24,960 nucleotides of DNA from Candidatus Fervidifonticultor quintus (GCA_031459535.1 JAVKIJ010000044.1:1-24960), one strand, 5' to 3'. Positions 9,047-18,604 are shown, counted from the stretch's first letter. Program-made: numbers and translations. Notes: a model not told the origin generated them from the letters alone.

Positions 9047-10209
9047 CGGCTGTGGCCGGGCGCCTCCGTCTGTTGCACGTGATCACCCGGCTGGTCCTGG
9101 GAGGGGCCCAGGAGAACACCCTGCTCACCCTGGCGCACCTGGACCGCGACCTCTTCGACATCACCCTGGCGTCGGGGCCGACACAGGGTCCCGAGGGAAG
9201 CTTGGAGGCGGACGTTCCCCCCGACGTCCGCTTTGTGCGCATTCCCGACCTGGTCCGCGACCCGTCTCCCGTCCGCGACCTGCGGGCCTTACGGGTGCTT
9301 TACCGCCTGATGCGGGACGGGCGCTTTGACGTCGTCCACACCCACACCACCAAGGCCGGCCTCCTGGGCAGGGTCGCCGCCCGCCTGGCGGGCGTTCCGG
9401 TCGTCATTCACACCCCTCACGGCCATGCGTTTCACGGGTATCTGTCCCCGCTGGCATCAGGGGCGCTGGTGGCGCTGGAGCGGGTCCTGGCCCGCTGGAC
9501 CGACCGGATCGTCTGCCTGACCGAGGCCGAAAGGGAGGACTACCTGTCCCGGGGCGTCGGCGACCCCACCCGGCTGGCCGTGGTGCACAGCGGGGTGGCC
9601 CTGGAGCGCTTCACCGGCCCGCCCCGGGCTCTCTCCCCCCTTCGGGAAGCCCTGGGGATTCCCGAGGGCTGCCCGGTGGTGGGCTGCGTGGCGCGGCTGG
9701 TGCCGGTCAAAGGGGTCGACGTCCTCCTGGAGGCGTTCGCCGGGGTGCGGTCTGTGGTCCCCCACGCGCGTCTGGTGGTCGTGGGGGATGGTCCGGATCG
9801 TGCGGCCCTGGAGGCGCAGGCCCGGACGCTTCACCTGGACGGTTGCGTGACCTTTGCAGGCTTGCGGCGAGACGTCCCGGACCTCATGCGTCTGTTCGAC
9901 GTGGTGGCGGTGCCGTCGCGGAATGAAGGGATGGGCAAGGTCGCCGTGGAGGCCATGGCCGCCGGACGCCCGGTGGTGGCTTCAGCGGTGTCCGGGCTGC
10001 GGGACGTGGTCCGGGACGGCCAGACCGGCCTGCTGGTGCCCCCCGGCGACCCCCGGGCTCTCGCGGCTGCTCTGACGCGGCTGCTGGCGGACCCCGCCCT
10101 TCGCGCGCGGATGGGCGAAGCGGGACGTATCCGGGCGGCCGACTACGCTGTCGCCCGTATGGTCGAGGCGTTGACGTCCCTGTATCGAAACCTGGCGGTG
10201 GCAGGCTGA
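9043..10209 (+). CDS. GT4 glycosyltransferase
   Basis: HVITRL..GGAQ, DVVHTHTTKAG, HTPHG, VARLVPVKG, PSRNEGMGKVAVEAMAAG. GTGA overlap at 9043-9046. Confidence 0.92.
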   Translation: MTAVAGRLRLLHVITRLVLGGAQENTLLTLAHLDRDLFDITLASGPTQGPEGSLEADVPPDVRFVRIPDLVRDPSPVRDLRALRVLYRLMRDGRFDVVHTHTTKAGLLGRVAARLAGVPVVIHTPHGHAFHGYLSPLASGALVALERVLARWTDRIVCLTEAEREDYLSRGVGDPTRLAVVHSGVALERFTGPPRALSPLREALGIPEGCPVVGCVARLVPVKGVDVLLEAFAGVRSVVPHARLVVVGDGPDRAALEAQARTLHLDGCVTFAGLRRDVPDLMRLFDVVAVPSRNEGMGKVAVEAMAAGRPVVASAVSGLRDVVRDGQTGLLVPPGDPRALAAALTRLLADPALRARMGEAGRIRAADYAVARMVEALTSLYRNLAVAG

Positions 10210-10246
10210 TGCCGTGCGGCTCCGACGTCCGTCCCTGTGTGACGGC

Positions 10247-12937
10247 CTACTTCACGTCCAGTACGTCCACGCCGTACAGCGGGACCCGGTAGACTCGCGC
10301 CCCGAGGGCTCGGGAGCGGAAGTTGGCGTTGCCGCGGGGCTGGGGGAACCAGTCGGTAAGGACGGGAGCATCCGGTGAGGTCCGGAGGTCATAGACGTAC
10401 AGACCGTCGGGGTTGCTCGCGTACCAGTAGTTGGAGACCAGCAGGAAGTCCCCTCCCACCGTGTCCAGGAAGTTGACATTGTACCCGGTGATGGCCCCCG
10501 TCCGCCGCAGGGTGGCGGGGCTGTAGATGACCACGCCCAGGTCACCGGCGCCGGCATAGATCCGGCCGCGGGCGCCCACGATCCCGGCATGGTTGCCGTT
10601 GACACCGAAGGTGAAGGAGTCCCTGAAGACCAGGCGGGGCGACGACGGGTCTGACACGTCCACCGCGGCCACCCCAAAGTCGGGACCGAGGGTCCACAGC
10701 AGGTTTCCGTGCTTGGTGAGGGCCAGGGCGTTGCCGGGACCCACCTGCACAGAGCCCAGGACCTGCAGGGGATACCGTCGCGATGTGGGGTCGAAGGGAC
10801 CGACCCGCTGGACGTACAGACGTCCGTCGGAGCCTGCGCTGTAGAGGTAGGGATCCTCGAACACCTCGTCCCACGTGGTGACGGGGCCTCCCAGCGCGGT
10901 CACGAAGGCCACCTGGCCGTCCCGCATGCGCAGGATGTAGCGTCCGTGACCGTTGCGGGCGCTGGGCAGGATGATGGTCCCGTCCTTGAACGGGCGCCAC
11001 TGCCCGTCCAGGCGCGTCCCCGTGACGTACGCTCCCATGTGCTCCCCCGTGGCGGGGTCGATCGTCTGGATGTCGTCGTTGGCGAACACGTGGAGAAAAC
11101 CCGCGTTGTCCACATAGACGTCGTGGGCCTCGCCCGTGGTGGCGACCCGCCCGAGGTCGATCACCCGATCGGAGACCACGCGGTACAGCCCCACGCCGAA
11201 CGCCCAGTAGGAGACGGCGAGCACGCCCTGGTCGGGGGACAGGGCCACGCTGGTGGGCTGGACCCAGTACCCCACGTCCGTTCTCCACCCCTGGCGGGCC
11301 AGCAGCACCGGCGCCGTCCCGGTCACGTCGAAGATCATGAACCCCGCGTGCCAGTCGAGCACCTGGTGGCCGCCGCGCTCGGTCACAGACCGGTAGGCGG
11401 CGTACAGCCGGCTGGCGTTGCGGCTGACGGTCATGCTGCCAAACTGAGGCCGCACGGGGGTTCCCCCCGGACCGGTTTCGGTCTGTCCGTACCAGGTCCC
11501 CACAAGGCGGGGGGTGGCCGGATCGGAGACGTCCCAGGTTTCGATGGACCGGCCCGTCTGCCGCCACAGCCGCACGCCCCGGGCGGCGATGTCCCACGAC
11601 GGCCCGCCGACCTTGCCCAGCAACGCCGGTGTGCCGGCCGAGACGTCGTAGATGTAGACTCCACCCGGATACCCTTCGGCGGGGTTGTCGCCTGCGCCCA
11701 CGTACAGCCGCCGTGTGGAGTCGTCGTACACCATGCTGTAGACACGCCACCACCCGTCCGGCTCGCCCACCCGGGCCAACTCGCGGCCGTCGGAGGACAG
11801 CACGACCAGAGCCCCGGGCCGTCCTTCCACGGGCAGGTAGATCCGGGTGCCATCGGTTTCCACAGCATGGGACTGGCCCACCCGCCGGGTCCAGCGGACG
11901 GAGAAGTCCTGCGGGCTCACCGCGAGCATCGTATCGCCCAGGGACGGGTGGAACACCAGCAGCCCCTGGCGCTGGGATGCCGCCCACAGGAAGTTCACCT
12001 CCTTGCGGGTGGCGACAATCCGGGGCCGCAGAAGGTCGCCGGCGTCAATCTTGACGGCCGACATGGTGCCTTCCTCGTTGGCCAGGAACACGGTCTTGCC
12101 GTCATCGCTCCAGGCCACCCGCGCTGCGTTTCCGTGCCGCGTCAGGACAGTCGTCCGGTGCTCGAGCAGTCCCACCACCGGCCCCGATCCGGGCGCGGCC
12201 GGCACAGAGCCCCCAGCACCGCCGTCTGTGGATTCCGACCCGGAGCCGGAGCCGGACGAACTGTTCGGGGCGGAAGTCTCCGTGCCGCCCGCACCGGTCC
12301 CCGAGGTCCCGGACCCCGATAGGCCGCCCGATCCGCCGCCTCCGCTCGCGCCTCCTCCGAAACCGGACCCCGCGGCGGACTCCAGGGCCCCACCGGGAGC
12401 GGGCCCTGCGCTTCCGCCGGCGTATGCGCCGGAACCCACGGGCGGACGACCGCCGCTGGAGGTCATCGCGGGCTGAGGACACGGCTGCGCGGCCGGTGCC
12501 CGGGGCGGGGGTGTGCTGGGTCCCCCGCTCGCGACCCCGGAGGGGCTGCGACGGAGGGCGAGCAGTGTGGAGGTCTCCCTCGCCGCCCGGACGGTGACGG
12601 TCCGGGTCTGCTCGAGGAAACCGGGTCGCGAAGCGGTGACCCGGTAAGTGCCCTGGGGCAGCCAGACCGAAAACGCTCCCGAGTCTTCCGTCAGGCCCTG
12701 CCAGAGGACGTCCCGCCCGACAACCGCGACGGCGGCGGCCAGGCCAGCGCGAGAGTCGGCGTCAACGACGCGGCCGACCAGCCTGCCGTCCCGCACTCCC
12801 GGGCCGGGAGCGGCCACCGCCCACCCGCACCCGCCTGACGGCGCCCCGTAGGCGCCCGGCCGCCCGCCGGAGGAGAGCGCCGCGGCCAGGACCAGCGCGA
12901 GCAGCGCCGGCGGGCAGCACTTCCGGATCGGTGCCAC
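10247..12937 (-). CDS. Large secreted protein: signal peptide + carboxypeptidase-regulatory-like (PEGA-type) beta domain + Gly/Ser/Pro linker + LVIVD-repeat beta-propeller
   Basis: Hydrophobic N-terminus ALLALVLAAAL; GRLVGRVVDA..TEDSGAF..LPQGTYRVTASRPGF. Repeats GVYIYDVS, IETWDVSDPATPRLVG, GFMIFDVT, GVAAVDVSDPSSPRLV, GLYVYDL. 896-aa ORF. Confidence 0.8.
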   Translation of the reverse strand: MAPIRKCCPPALLALVLAAALSSGGRPGAYGAPSGGCGWAVAAPGPGVRDGRLVGRVVDADSRAGLAAAVAVVGRDVLWQGLTEDSGAFSVWLPQGTYRVTASRPGFLEQTRTVTVRAARETSTLLALRRSPSGVASGGPSTPPPRAPAAQPCPQPAMTSSGGRPPVGSGAYAGGSAGPAPGGALESAAGSGFGGGASGGGGSGGLSGSGTSGTGAGGTETSAPNSSSGSGSGSESTDGGAGGSVPAAPGSGPVVGLLEHRTTVLTRHGNAARVAWSDDGKTVFLANEEGTMSAVKIDAGDLLRPRIVATRKEVNFLWAASQRQGLLVFHPSLGDTMLAVSPQDFSVRWTRRVGQSHAVETDGTRIYLPVEGRPGALVVLSSDGRELARVGEPDGWWRVYSMVYDDSTRRLYVGAGDNPAEGYPGGVYIYDVSAGTPALLGKVGGPSWDIAARGVRLWRQTGRSIETWDVSDPATPRLVGTWYGQTETGPGGTPVRPQFGSMTVSRNASRLYAAYRSVTERGGHQVLDWHAGFMIFDVTGTAPVLLARQGWRTDVGYWVQPTSVALSPDQGVLAVSYWAFGVGLYRVVSDRVIDLGRVATTGEAHDVYVDNAGFLHVFANDDIQTIDPATGEHMGAYVTGTRLDGQWRPFKDGTIILPSARNGHGRYILRMRDGQVAFVTALGGPVTTWDEVFEDPYLYSAGSDGRLYVQRVGPFDPTSRRYPLQVLGSVQVGPGNALALTKHGNLLWTLGPDFGVAAVDVSDPSSPRLVFRDSFTFGVNGNHAGIVGARGRIYAGAGDLGVVIYSPATLRRTGAITGYNVNFLDTVGGDFLLVSNYWYASNPDGLYVYDLRTSPDAPVLTDWFPQPRGNANFRSRALGARVYRVPLYGVDVLDVK
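12178..12545 (-). other. Low-complexity Gly/Ser/Pro/Ala linker within the secreted protein
   Basis: Translates as ...SGGPSTPPP...GSGFGGGASGGGGSGGLSGSGTSGTGAGG...SSGSGSGSESTDGG... Boundaries are approximate. Confidence 0.8.
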
Positions 12938-13490
12938 GATTCCCGCACCCTCTCTGCCGGGTACACCACGCTCTCCTGCGGAGGGCGCCTGTCCAGCTCG
13001 GCCATGCCACCTTCGCGCTCAAGTTAGACGTGAGGGTGCCGATAATATTACTTTTCCCCGCCCGCAGGCCCCCACGGCGGGGAAGTCCCCGCATCCCCAC
13101 CAGGAGGGCCACCCCCACGACCAGCAGCTGGGTGAGGATCCCCCATGCAGGTACGGTCTCAAACTCCGGCAGGGACAGAGGCGGGCGGCGCAGGAAGTCC
13201 CGATACTGGCCCGTCAGCAGCCTCTCCACCGCCGGAAGGACTCCTCCCGCCGCGCCCGCCACCGCGCAGTCCGGGCGGGCGCTGCGTGCGGCGACCAGCC
13301 CCGCCAGGGCCATCCCCACCAGGACATCCAGCACCAGGATCGGCGAGGCCGTCCGCCAGCCCGTGTAGTTGTAGTGAGGGATGACGTCCAGAGCGGCGTG
13401 CGTCCCCACCCCGGCCAACAGGGCGAGGAGGGGATGGCGCACGCGGCTGCCGGCTGCGGCTCCTGCGACCAGGTGGGCGGTGGCGTCCAC
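12762..13490 (-). CDS. Hypothetical membrane protein with His/Asp motifs reminiscent of YdjM-like metal-dependent hydrolases; C-terminal tail looks like read-through
   Basis: GGAGGA RBS before GTG at 13490. HLVAGAAAG, LLALLAGVGTHAALDVIPH and several hydrophobic segments ending WGILTQLLVVGVALLVG. The ORF then runs about 100 aa further and overlaps the next gene. Confidence 0.6.
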   Translation of the reverse strand: MDATAHLVAGAAAGSRVRHPLLALLAGVGTHAALDVIPHYNYTGWRTASPILVLDVLVGMALAGLVAARSARPDCAVAGAAGGVLPAVERLLTGQYRDFLRRPPLSLPEFETVPAWGILTQLLVVGVALLVGMRGLPRRGGLRAGKSNIIGTLTSNLSAKVAWPSWTGALRRRAWCTRQRGCGNRGTDPEVLPAGAARAGPGRGALLRRAAGRLRGAVRRVRVGGGRSRPGSAGRQAGRPRR

Positions 13491-13683
13491 GGCGTCCTCC
13501 GGAGGGCCCTTCGCGCAACCCGCCCGGGGACCTTCCCTCGGCCGTCCTCCGAACGGACGGACCGGCTCCCTCACATGATCGCTAGGACCGCCGGTGCCGG
13601 CATCCTACAGTGGGATCTGCACCCTCCGGTTCCCCGGGCCCGGGTCGCAGGCCGGGACGGGACATGCGTGGGGAGGCGGGACC

Positions 13684-14694
13684 GTGCGGGCACTGGTGAC
13701 AGGCGGGGCCGGATTCATCGGCTCCCATCTCGTGGATCAGCTGCTGGCGGCGGGCCACCACGTGGTGGTTCTGGACCACCTCTCCACCGGCCGCATCGAG
13801 AATATCGCCCATCACCTCGGCGACCCCCGCTTCCGTTTTGTGAACGACTCCATCCTCAACGCCGCCGTGGTGGACCGCCTGGTGGAATCCTGCGACGTGG
13901 TGTTCCACCTGGCCGCCATGGTGGGTGTGTGGTACATTGTGCGCGACCCGCTGCAGGCCATCGTGACCAACGTGGAGGGGACCGAGACCGTCCTGCGCGC
14001 GGCGTTCCGCCACTGGAAGAGGGTCGTTCTGGCGTCGTCGTCGGAGGTGTACGGCAAGTCCACCCGAGCGCCCCTGGCTGAGGACGACGACCGCGTCCTC
14101 GGGCCGACGACGGTAGCCCGCTGGTCCTACTCGTCCAGCAAGGCCATCGACGAGCACTTTGCGTACGCCTACGCGGCCCGGGGCCTGCCGGTGGTCATCC
14201 TGCGCTTTTTCAACGCCTACGGACCACGCATCCACGAAAACGGCTACGGGACCGTGGTGGCGCGGTTCATCCGCCAGGCCCTCGCCGGGCAGCCCCTGAC
14301 GGTGCACGGTGACGGCCGTCAGACCCGGTGCTTCTGCTACGTGGACGACACGGTGCGCGGCATTCTGCTGGCGGCGGAGGTGAAAGAGGCCGAGGGCCGG
14401 GTGTTCAACATCGGCAACGACGCCGAGATCTCCATCCGGGCCCTGGCGGAGCGGATCCGGGACCTGACCGGCTCGTCGTCGGAGATCGTCTTCGTGCCCT
14501 ACGAGGACTACTACGGCCAGAAGTTCGAGGACACCCCCCGCCGGGTGCCGGACCTGCGCCGGGCCCGGACCGTGCTGGGCTACGCGCCGCAGGTGTCGCT
14601 GGAAGAGGGGCTGCGGCGCACCATCGCGTGGTGCCGGAGCAACGGGTTCCTGCAGGCCGCCGCGTCGGAGGCGGTAGCCGGCGTGCGACCATGA
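13684..14694 (+). CDS. NAD-dependent nucleotide-sugar SDR resembling UDP-glucuronate decarboxylase / ArnA C-terminal domain
   Basis: GGAGG RBS then GTG at 13684. GGAGFIGS, SSSEVYG, RWSYSSSK, RFFNAYGPR, GRQTRCFCYV, FNIGN..EISI, YEDYYGQKFEDTPRRVP. Confidence 0.88.
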   Translation: MRALVTGGAGFIGSHLVDQLLAAGHHVVVLDHLSTGRIENIAHHLGDPRFRFVNDSILNAAVVDRLVESCDVVFHLAAMVGVWYIVRDPLQAIVTNVEGTETVLRAAFRHWKRVVLASSSEVYGKSTRAPLAEDDDRVLGPTTVARWSYSSSKAIDEHFAYAYAARGLPVVILRFFNAYGPRIHENGYGTVVARFIRQALAGQPLTVHGDGRQTRCFCYVDDTVRGILLAAEVKEAEGRVFNIGNDAEISIRALAERIRDLTGSSSEIVFVPYEDYYGQKFEDTPRRVPDLRRARTVLGYAPQVSLEEGLRRTIAWCRSNGFLQAAASEAVAGVRP

Positions 14695-15407
14695 TCGTCG
14701 CCATCCACCAGCCCCACTACCTGCCCTGGCTGCGGTACGTGGACAAGATGGCGCGCGCCGACGTCTTTGTGCTGCTGGACGACGCCCAGTACACCAAGAA
14801 CGGGTGGCAGAACCGCAACCGGATCAAGACGGCCGCCGGGTGGACCTACCTCACGGTCCCCGTGGTGGACGCGTTCGGCCGGGCCATCAACCAGGTGCGG
14901 GTGAACCCACAGGAGCGGTGGGCGCACCGGCACCGGCAGGCGCTGGTGACCAACTACAGCCGGGCGCCGTTCTTCCGCCGCTACCGGGAGGTGTTCGAGG
15001 ACGCCTACGCCCGGCCGTGGGAGAGGCTGGCCAGCCTGAACCTGCACCTGCTTCAGGCGCTGCGCGACCTGCTGGGGATCAGGGCGCGCCTGATACTGAG
15101 CTCGGAGATGGGGGTCTCCGGCCGTGCCACGCCGCGCCTGGTGGAGATCTGCCGGAGGCTGGGGGCGACCACCTACCTGACCGGGGATTACGCCGCCGCC
15201 CACCACCTGGAGGCGCACCTGTTCGCCGGGGCGGGCATCCGGGTCGTCCGCCAGAACTGGCAGTGTCCCCGCTACCCCCAGCAGTTCGAGCACGTCGGGT
15301 TCGTCCCCGACCTGTCCGTGGTGGACCTGCTGTTCAACGCGGGGCCGGCCAGCCTGGACGTGCTGCTAGCCCGCCCCGCGGCCGACGCTGCCCCGGCGGT
15401 TTCCTGA
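14691..15407 (+). CDS. wbqC: WbqC-family protein
   Basis: MIVAIHQPHYLPWLRY..K...ADVFVLLDDAQY.K.GWQNRNRI, LTVP, NYSRAPFF, YPQ..F.P.LSVVDLLFN.G. ATGA overlap at 14691-14694. Confidence 0.92.
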   Translation: MIVAIHQPHYLPWLRYVDKMARADVFVLLDDAQYTKNGWQNRNRIKTAAGWTYLTVPVVDAFGRAINQVRVNPQERWAHRHRQALVTNYSRAPFFRRYREVFEDAYARPWERLASLNLHLLQALRDLLGIRARLILSSEMGVSGRATPRLVEICRRLGATTYLTGDYAAAHHLEAHLFAGAGIRVVRQNWQCPRYPQQFEHVGFVPDLSVVDLLFNAGPASLDVLLARPAADAAPAVS

Positions 15408-15437
15408 GGTGCGATCCGGCCGTTGTTCAGCGTCGTA

Positions 15438-16223
15438 TTAAAGGCGGGTCGCCGGCCGCAGGCGGCGTCGGCGCAGTCCTGTCGCCGCCCCCAGCAGTCC
15501 CGTGCCCAGCAGGACCAGGGAACCGGGTTCCGGGGTGACGGCGAGCGACTCGCTGAGAGGCGAGGAGTTGAGGACGAGTTCGTCAGGGGCAAAGGTGGAC
15601 CCGTAACGTACTGCCGAATCAGCGTTCGTCAGGTACCCGAGAAAGATTGTGCCGAGGGGGAACTCCTGACTGCCGAAACTTATCGGGCCGATATCCTCCC
15701 AATCCGGAAACCCACCCCTAAGCATGAAGGTGTAAACTTTATAGCTCGAAGGAGCCGTGCCGGAAGCGGAGAGGCTCTTGTCCTGGTAGGCCGAAAAGTT
15801 AGGGCTGGCCGTCCCGTTGGTGAGGCCCAGGAACTCCCACAGAGTTCCGGAGGAGAAATCGCCGGCCTGCAGGTTTGCAGATCCGCTCAGGAAGTTGCTG
15901 GTCACCGAAAAGTCGGACGGGCCACCGCCGTTCGGCCACAGCACCCCCAGCCAGGCGTCGAGGGTGCCGGAGTACCATCCGGGTGCCAGAGCCCCCGACT
16001 GGGTGATGGTGAACGTCGGGGTGGTGTCAGAGGTCATCTGGATGCCGTTGATGGTCGGGCAGGGTAAACTTGCGGGTTCGCAGACGAGATGGAGGTTGGT
16101 GGGGTCGTCGATCGTATCGGCCGAGGCAGCGGGAGCCCCCCCGAGGACGAACAGCGCCGTGGCGCCCGCGGCAAGGAGCACCGCCACTGCCGACCGAAGC
16201 CTACGCATGAACGATCTCAGCAT
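15438..16223 (-). CDS. PEP-CTERM sorting-domain surface protein (no. 2)
   Basis: Signal peptide RRLRSAVAVLLAAGATALFVLGGAPAASA; Ser/Thr/Gly-rich mature region; C-terminus VTPEPGSLVLLGTGLLGAATGLRRRRLR (PEP + TM + basic cluster). Start is ATG 16223 or 16208. Confidence 0.9.
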   Translation of the reverse strand: MLRSFMRRLRSAVAVLLAAGATALFVLGGAPAASADTIDDPTNLHLVCEPASLPCPTINGIQMTSDTTPTFTITQSGALAPGWYSGTLDAWLGVLWPNGGGPSDFSVTSNFLSGSANLQAGDFSSGTLWEFLGLTNGTASPNFSAYQDKSLSASGTAPSSYKVYTFMLRGGFPDWEDIGPISFGSQEFPLGTIFLGYLTNADSAVRYGSTFAPDELVLNSSPLSESLAVTPEPGSLVLLGTGLLGAATGLRRRRLRPATRL

Positions 16224-16318
16224 TCTGACTGTATCTTTACCAACCACCGCCGGGTCCCGTCCCTCCTTCCTTCGGCGGGTTGAGACTCCTCGAAAGAGCA
16301 TCCCCACCGTCCCGGACC

Positions 16319-18514
16319 CTACGGCCGTCCTTCCACCTCCGCCAGCACCCGCCGGGCCTCTTCTGACCCCCGGAATCCTCGGTCCAGGCTGAGGGCCCGG
16401 CGCAGCTCGGTGGCGGCCTCCTTCCGGTTGCCGGTCCTGTAGTACGCCATCCCGAGGTGGTAGTGGACCACGGCGTTGTCCGCCAGCCTGCCAGCGCTCT
16501 CCTGAAGGAGCGGAAGCGCGTCCCGCACGCGGCCCAGCCGGTAGTAGGCCCACCCCAGGGTGTCGGCTACATGGGGGTCGGCCGGCATGGCCTCCCGCGC
16601 GGTCCTGGCCAGGGCCAGGGCCCTGTGCAGGTCGCCACCGTGCTCGAGCAGCGACCAGGCCAGGTTGTTGGCCGCGGGCCCGAAGTGGGGGTTGATCTGC
16701 AGGGCCTGCTCGTAACGGAGCCGCGCCAGCTCCACGTCCCCCCTCCGCTCGTGCAGGATCCCCAGGATGAGGTAGGGGGGGAGGGCGCGGGGGTTAATGC
16801 CGATGGCCTCCTCGTACTTGCGGATGGCCATCTCGTACGCCCCCTGGCGCGCGAACAGATTGCCCAGCAGCACGTAGGGCAGCTGTGCCTGGGGATCGGT
16901 CACCGTCGCCCGGTAGTACGCCTCCTCGGCTTCCGCGAACTGTCCCACCGCCTCGTAGGTCGAACCGAGCAGGGCGTACAGCAGGGCGTTGCGGGGGCGT
17001 CGGGCGACCTGCTCCTGGACCCGCCGGAGGGCGCGCTGGGGTTGCTCTGAACGCAGGTACATGTCCACAATTCCCGCCAGCGCCTCCACCTGGTCCGGAC
17101 TCTGTGCCAGGGCGGCCTCGAATTCGCGCAGCGCCATCGCCCTGTCGCCGGCGGCGCGGTAGGCGACGGCCAGCCGGACGCGGATCCCGGCGTCCCGGGG
17201 GCTGAGGGCCAGGGCCTGCCGGAAGGCTGCGACCGCCTCCCGGGGTCGTCCCAGCGACAGGTACAGCTCTCCCAGCAGGCCGTGGCTGCGGGGGTCTGCG
17301 GGCGCCGTCCGCACCAGCTCCCCGACAGTCCGTTCGGCGGCGGACGGGTCTCCGGAACGCAGCTCCAGCCGGGCCAGGGCGACCCGCGCCTCGAGAAAGC
17401 CGGGGTCGAGCCGGAGGGCCTCGCGCAGTTGCTCTCGGGCCTGGGAGAGCTGGCCGGTGGCGGAGTAGGCCTGGGCCAGCAGAAACCGGGCCAGGGTGTT
17501 CGCCGGCTGGGCGCCCACCACCGTCTGGAGCTCTTGCAGAGCCTGGGTGGTCTCAGCACGCGCCAGCAGGACCCGGGCGTGCGCGAAACGGACGGCGGCG
17601 TCTTCGGGGTGCTCGGCCAGCAGACGCCGCACGGCGGACAGGGCGTCGCCTGTCCGGCCCCGGGCCAGCAGCAGGTCGGCCGTCCGCAGCCCCGGCAGGG
17701 TGGACCGCGGGTTGACCGATTCGGCGGCTCTGTACTGTTCAAGAGCCTGCTCCCACCGTCCGCGGCCGGCCAGGAAGTCTCCGTAGGCCAGGCGGGGCTC
17801 CATCCTGCGGGGGTGGGCGGAGACCGCCTCCTGGAGGGTCCGCTCGGCCAGGTCGGTCTGCCCGGTGCGGACGTAGAACGCCGCCAGGGCGAGCCTGGGC
17901 TCCGGGTCCGCAGGAGTCAGGTCTACCGCCTGGCGGTAGGCCTGTTCTGCGGGGGCGGGTCGTCCTGCCGCCTCCAGTAACCCGGCATAGACCAGGCGGG
18001 CCCGCGTGGACCGGGAGTCCAGCCGCAGGGCCTCTTCCGCGATGGCCAGCGCCCTGTCCCTGTTGCCCGTAGCCGCCGTGGCCCGGGCCAGGAGAAGCCG
18101 GGCGTCCACGCTGTCCGGTTGCGCCCGCAGCACCCGCTCGGCCTGCCGGCGCGCCCTGGAGGGGTCGTTGAGCATCAGGTACACGTCGCCGACTTTGAGG
18201 TGGGCGTCGGGGAGATCAGGGTCCAGTTCCAGGGCCTTCATCAGGGAACTGTAGCCCCGGGCGATGTCCCCCTGCTGGAGGTACGCCGCCCCCAGGCGGT
18301 AGTGAGCCTGAGCCGAGTCGGGGGTGCGGGCGAGGATGTTCCGGTAGTACAGCACAGCCTCGGCGTACCGGCCGGACCTCTCGGCGGATTCGGCGGCCTG
18401 CCAGTACCGGGCCAGGCGGGTCTGATCGCCGCCGGCGACGGCCAGGCCGACACCTGCAAGCCCCACCAGGATGGCAACCAGGACAGCCCGGCCCGACATC
18501 TTCGGCCTAGACAC
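16319..18514 (-). CDS. prsT: Long TPR-repeat protein, PrsT-like (PEP-CTERM system)
   Basis: N-terminal hydrophobic segment, TPR repeats throughout, and PrsT-type C-terminus NNLAW...ALALA..A...P..P.VADTLGW...YHLGMAY. Lies in the exosortase cassette. AGGTGG RBS precedes GTG at 18514. Confidence 0.85.
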   Translation of the reverse strand: MSRPKMSGRAVLVAILVGLAGVGLAVAGGDQTRLARYWQAAESAERSGRYAEAVLYYRNILARTPDSAQAHYRLGAAYLQQGDIARGYSSLMKALELDPDLPDAHLKVGDVYLMLNDPSRARRQAERVLRAQPDSVDARLLLARATAATGNRDRALAIAEEALRLDSRSTRARLVYAGLLEAAGRPAPAEQAYRQAVDLTPADPEPRLALAAFYVRTGQTDLAERTLQEAVSAHPRRMEPRLAYGDFLAGRGRWEQALEQYRAAESVNPRSTLPGLRTADLLLARGRTGDALSAVRRLLAEHPEDAAVRFAHARVLLARAETTQALQELQTVVGAQPANTLARFLLAQAYSATGQLSQAREQLREALRLDPGFLEARVALARLELRSGDPSAAERTVGELVRTAPADPRSHGLLGELYLSLGRPREAVAAFRQALALSPRDAGIRVRLAVAYRAAGDRAMALREFEAALAQSPDQVEALAGIVDMYLRSEQPQRALRRVQEQVARRPRNALLYALLGSTYEAVGQFAEAEEAYYRATVTDPQAQLPYVLLGNLFARQGAYEMAIRKYEEAIGINPRALPPYLILGILHERRGDVELARLRYEQALQINPHFGPAANNLAWSLLEHGGDLHRALALARTAREAMPADPHVADTLGWAYYRLGRVRDALPLLQESAGRLADNAVVHYHLGMAYYRTGNRKEAATELRRALSLDRGFRGSEEARRVLAEVEGRP

Positions 18515-18604
18515 GTTCGATCACCACCTGGCATCCCGACAGACGAGAGGCCAGAGCGACACCGCCCTGGCCTCCCGGAGGCTTGCGACGAACCGTAGGC
18601 TTCC

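Noticed and set aside
10210..10246. Hairpin between the convergent genes as a terminator
   Set aside because: Only a 5-bp stem (CCGTC/GACGG) with no U-tract.
12230..12370. GGCTCC/GGCGGA-type short repeats as a VNTR or CRISPR
   Set aside because: Explained by Gly/Ser codons in the linker; there is no regular repeat-spacer structure.
15423..16067. 214-aa antisense ORF opposite PEP-CTERM no. 2
   Set aside because: No RBS or recognisable motif; the minus-strand gene has a clear signal peptide and sorting signal.
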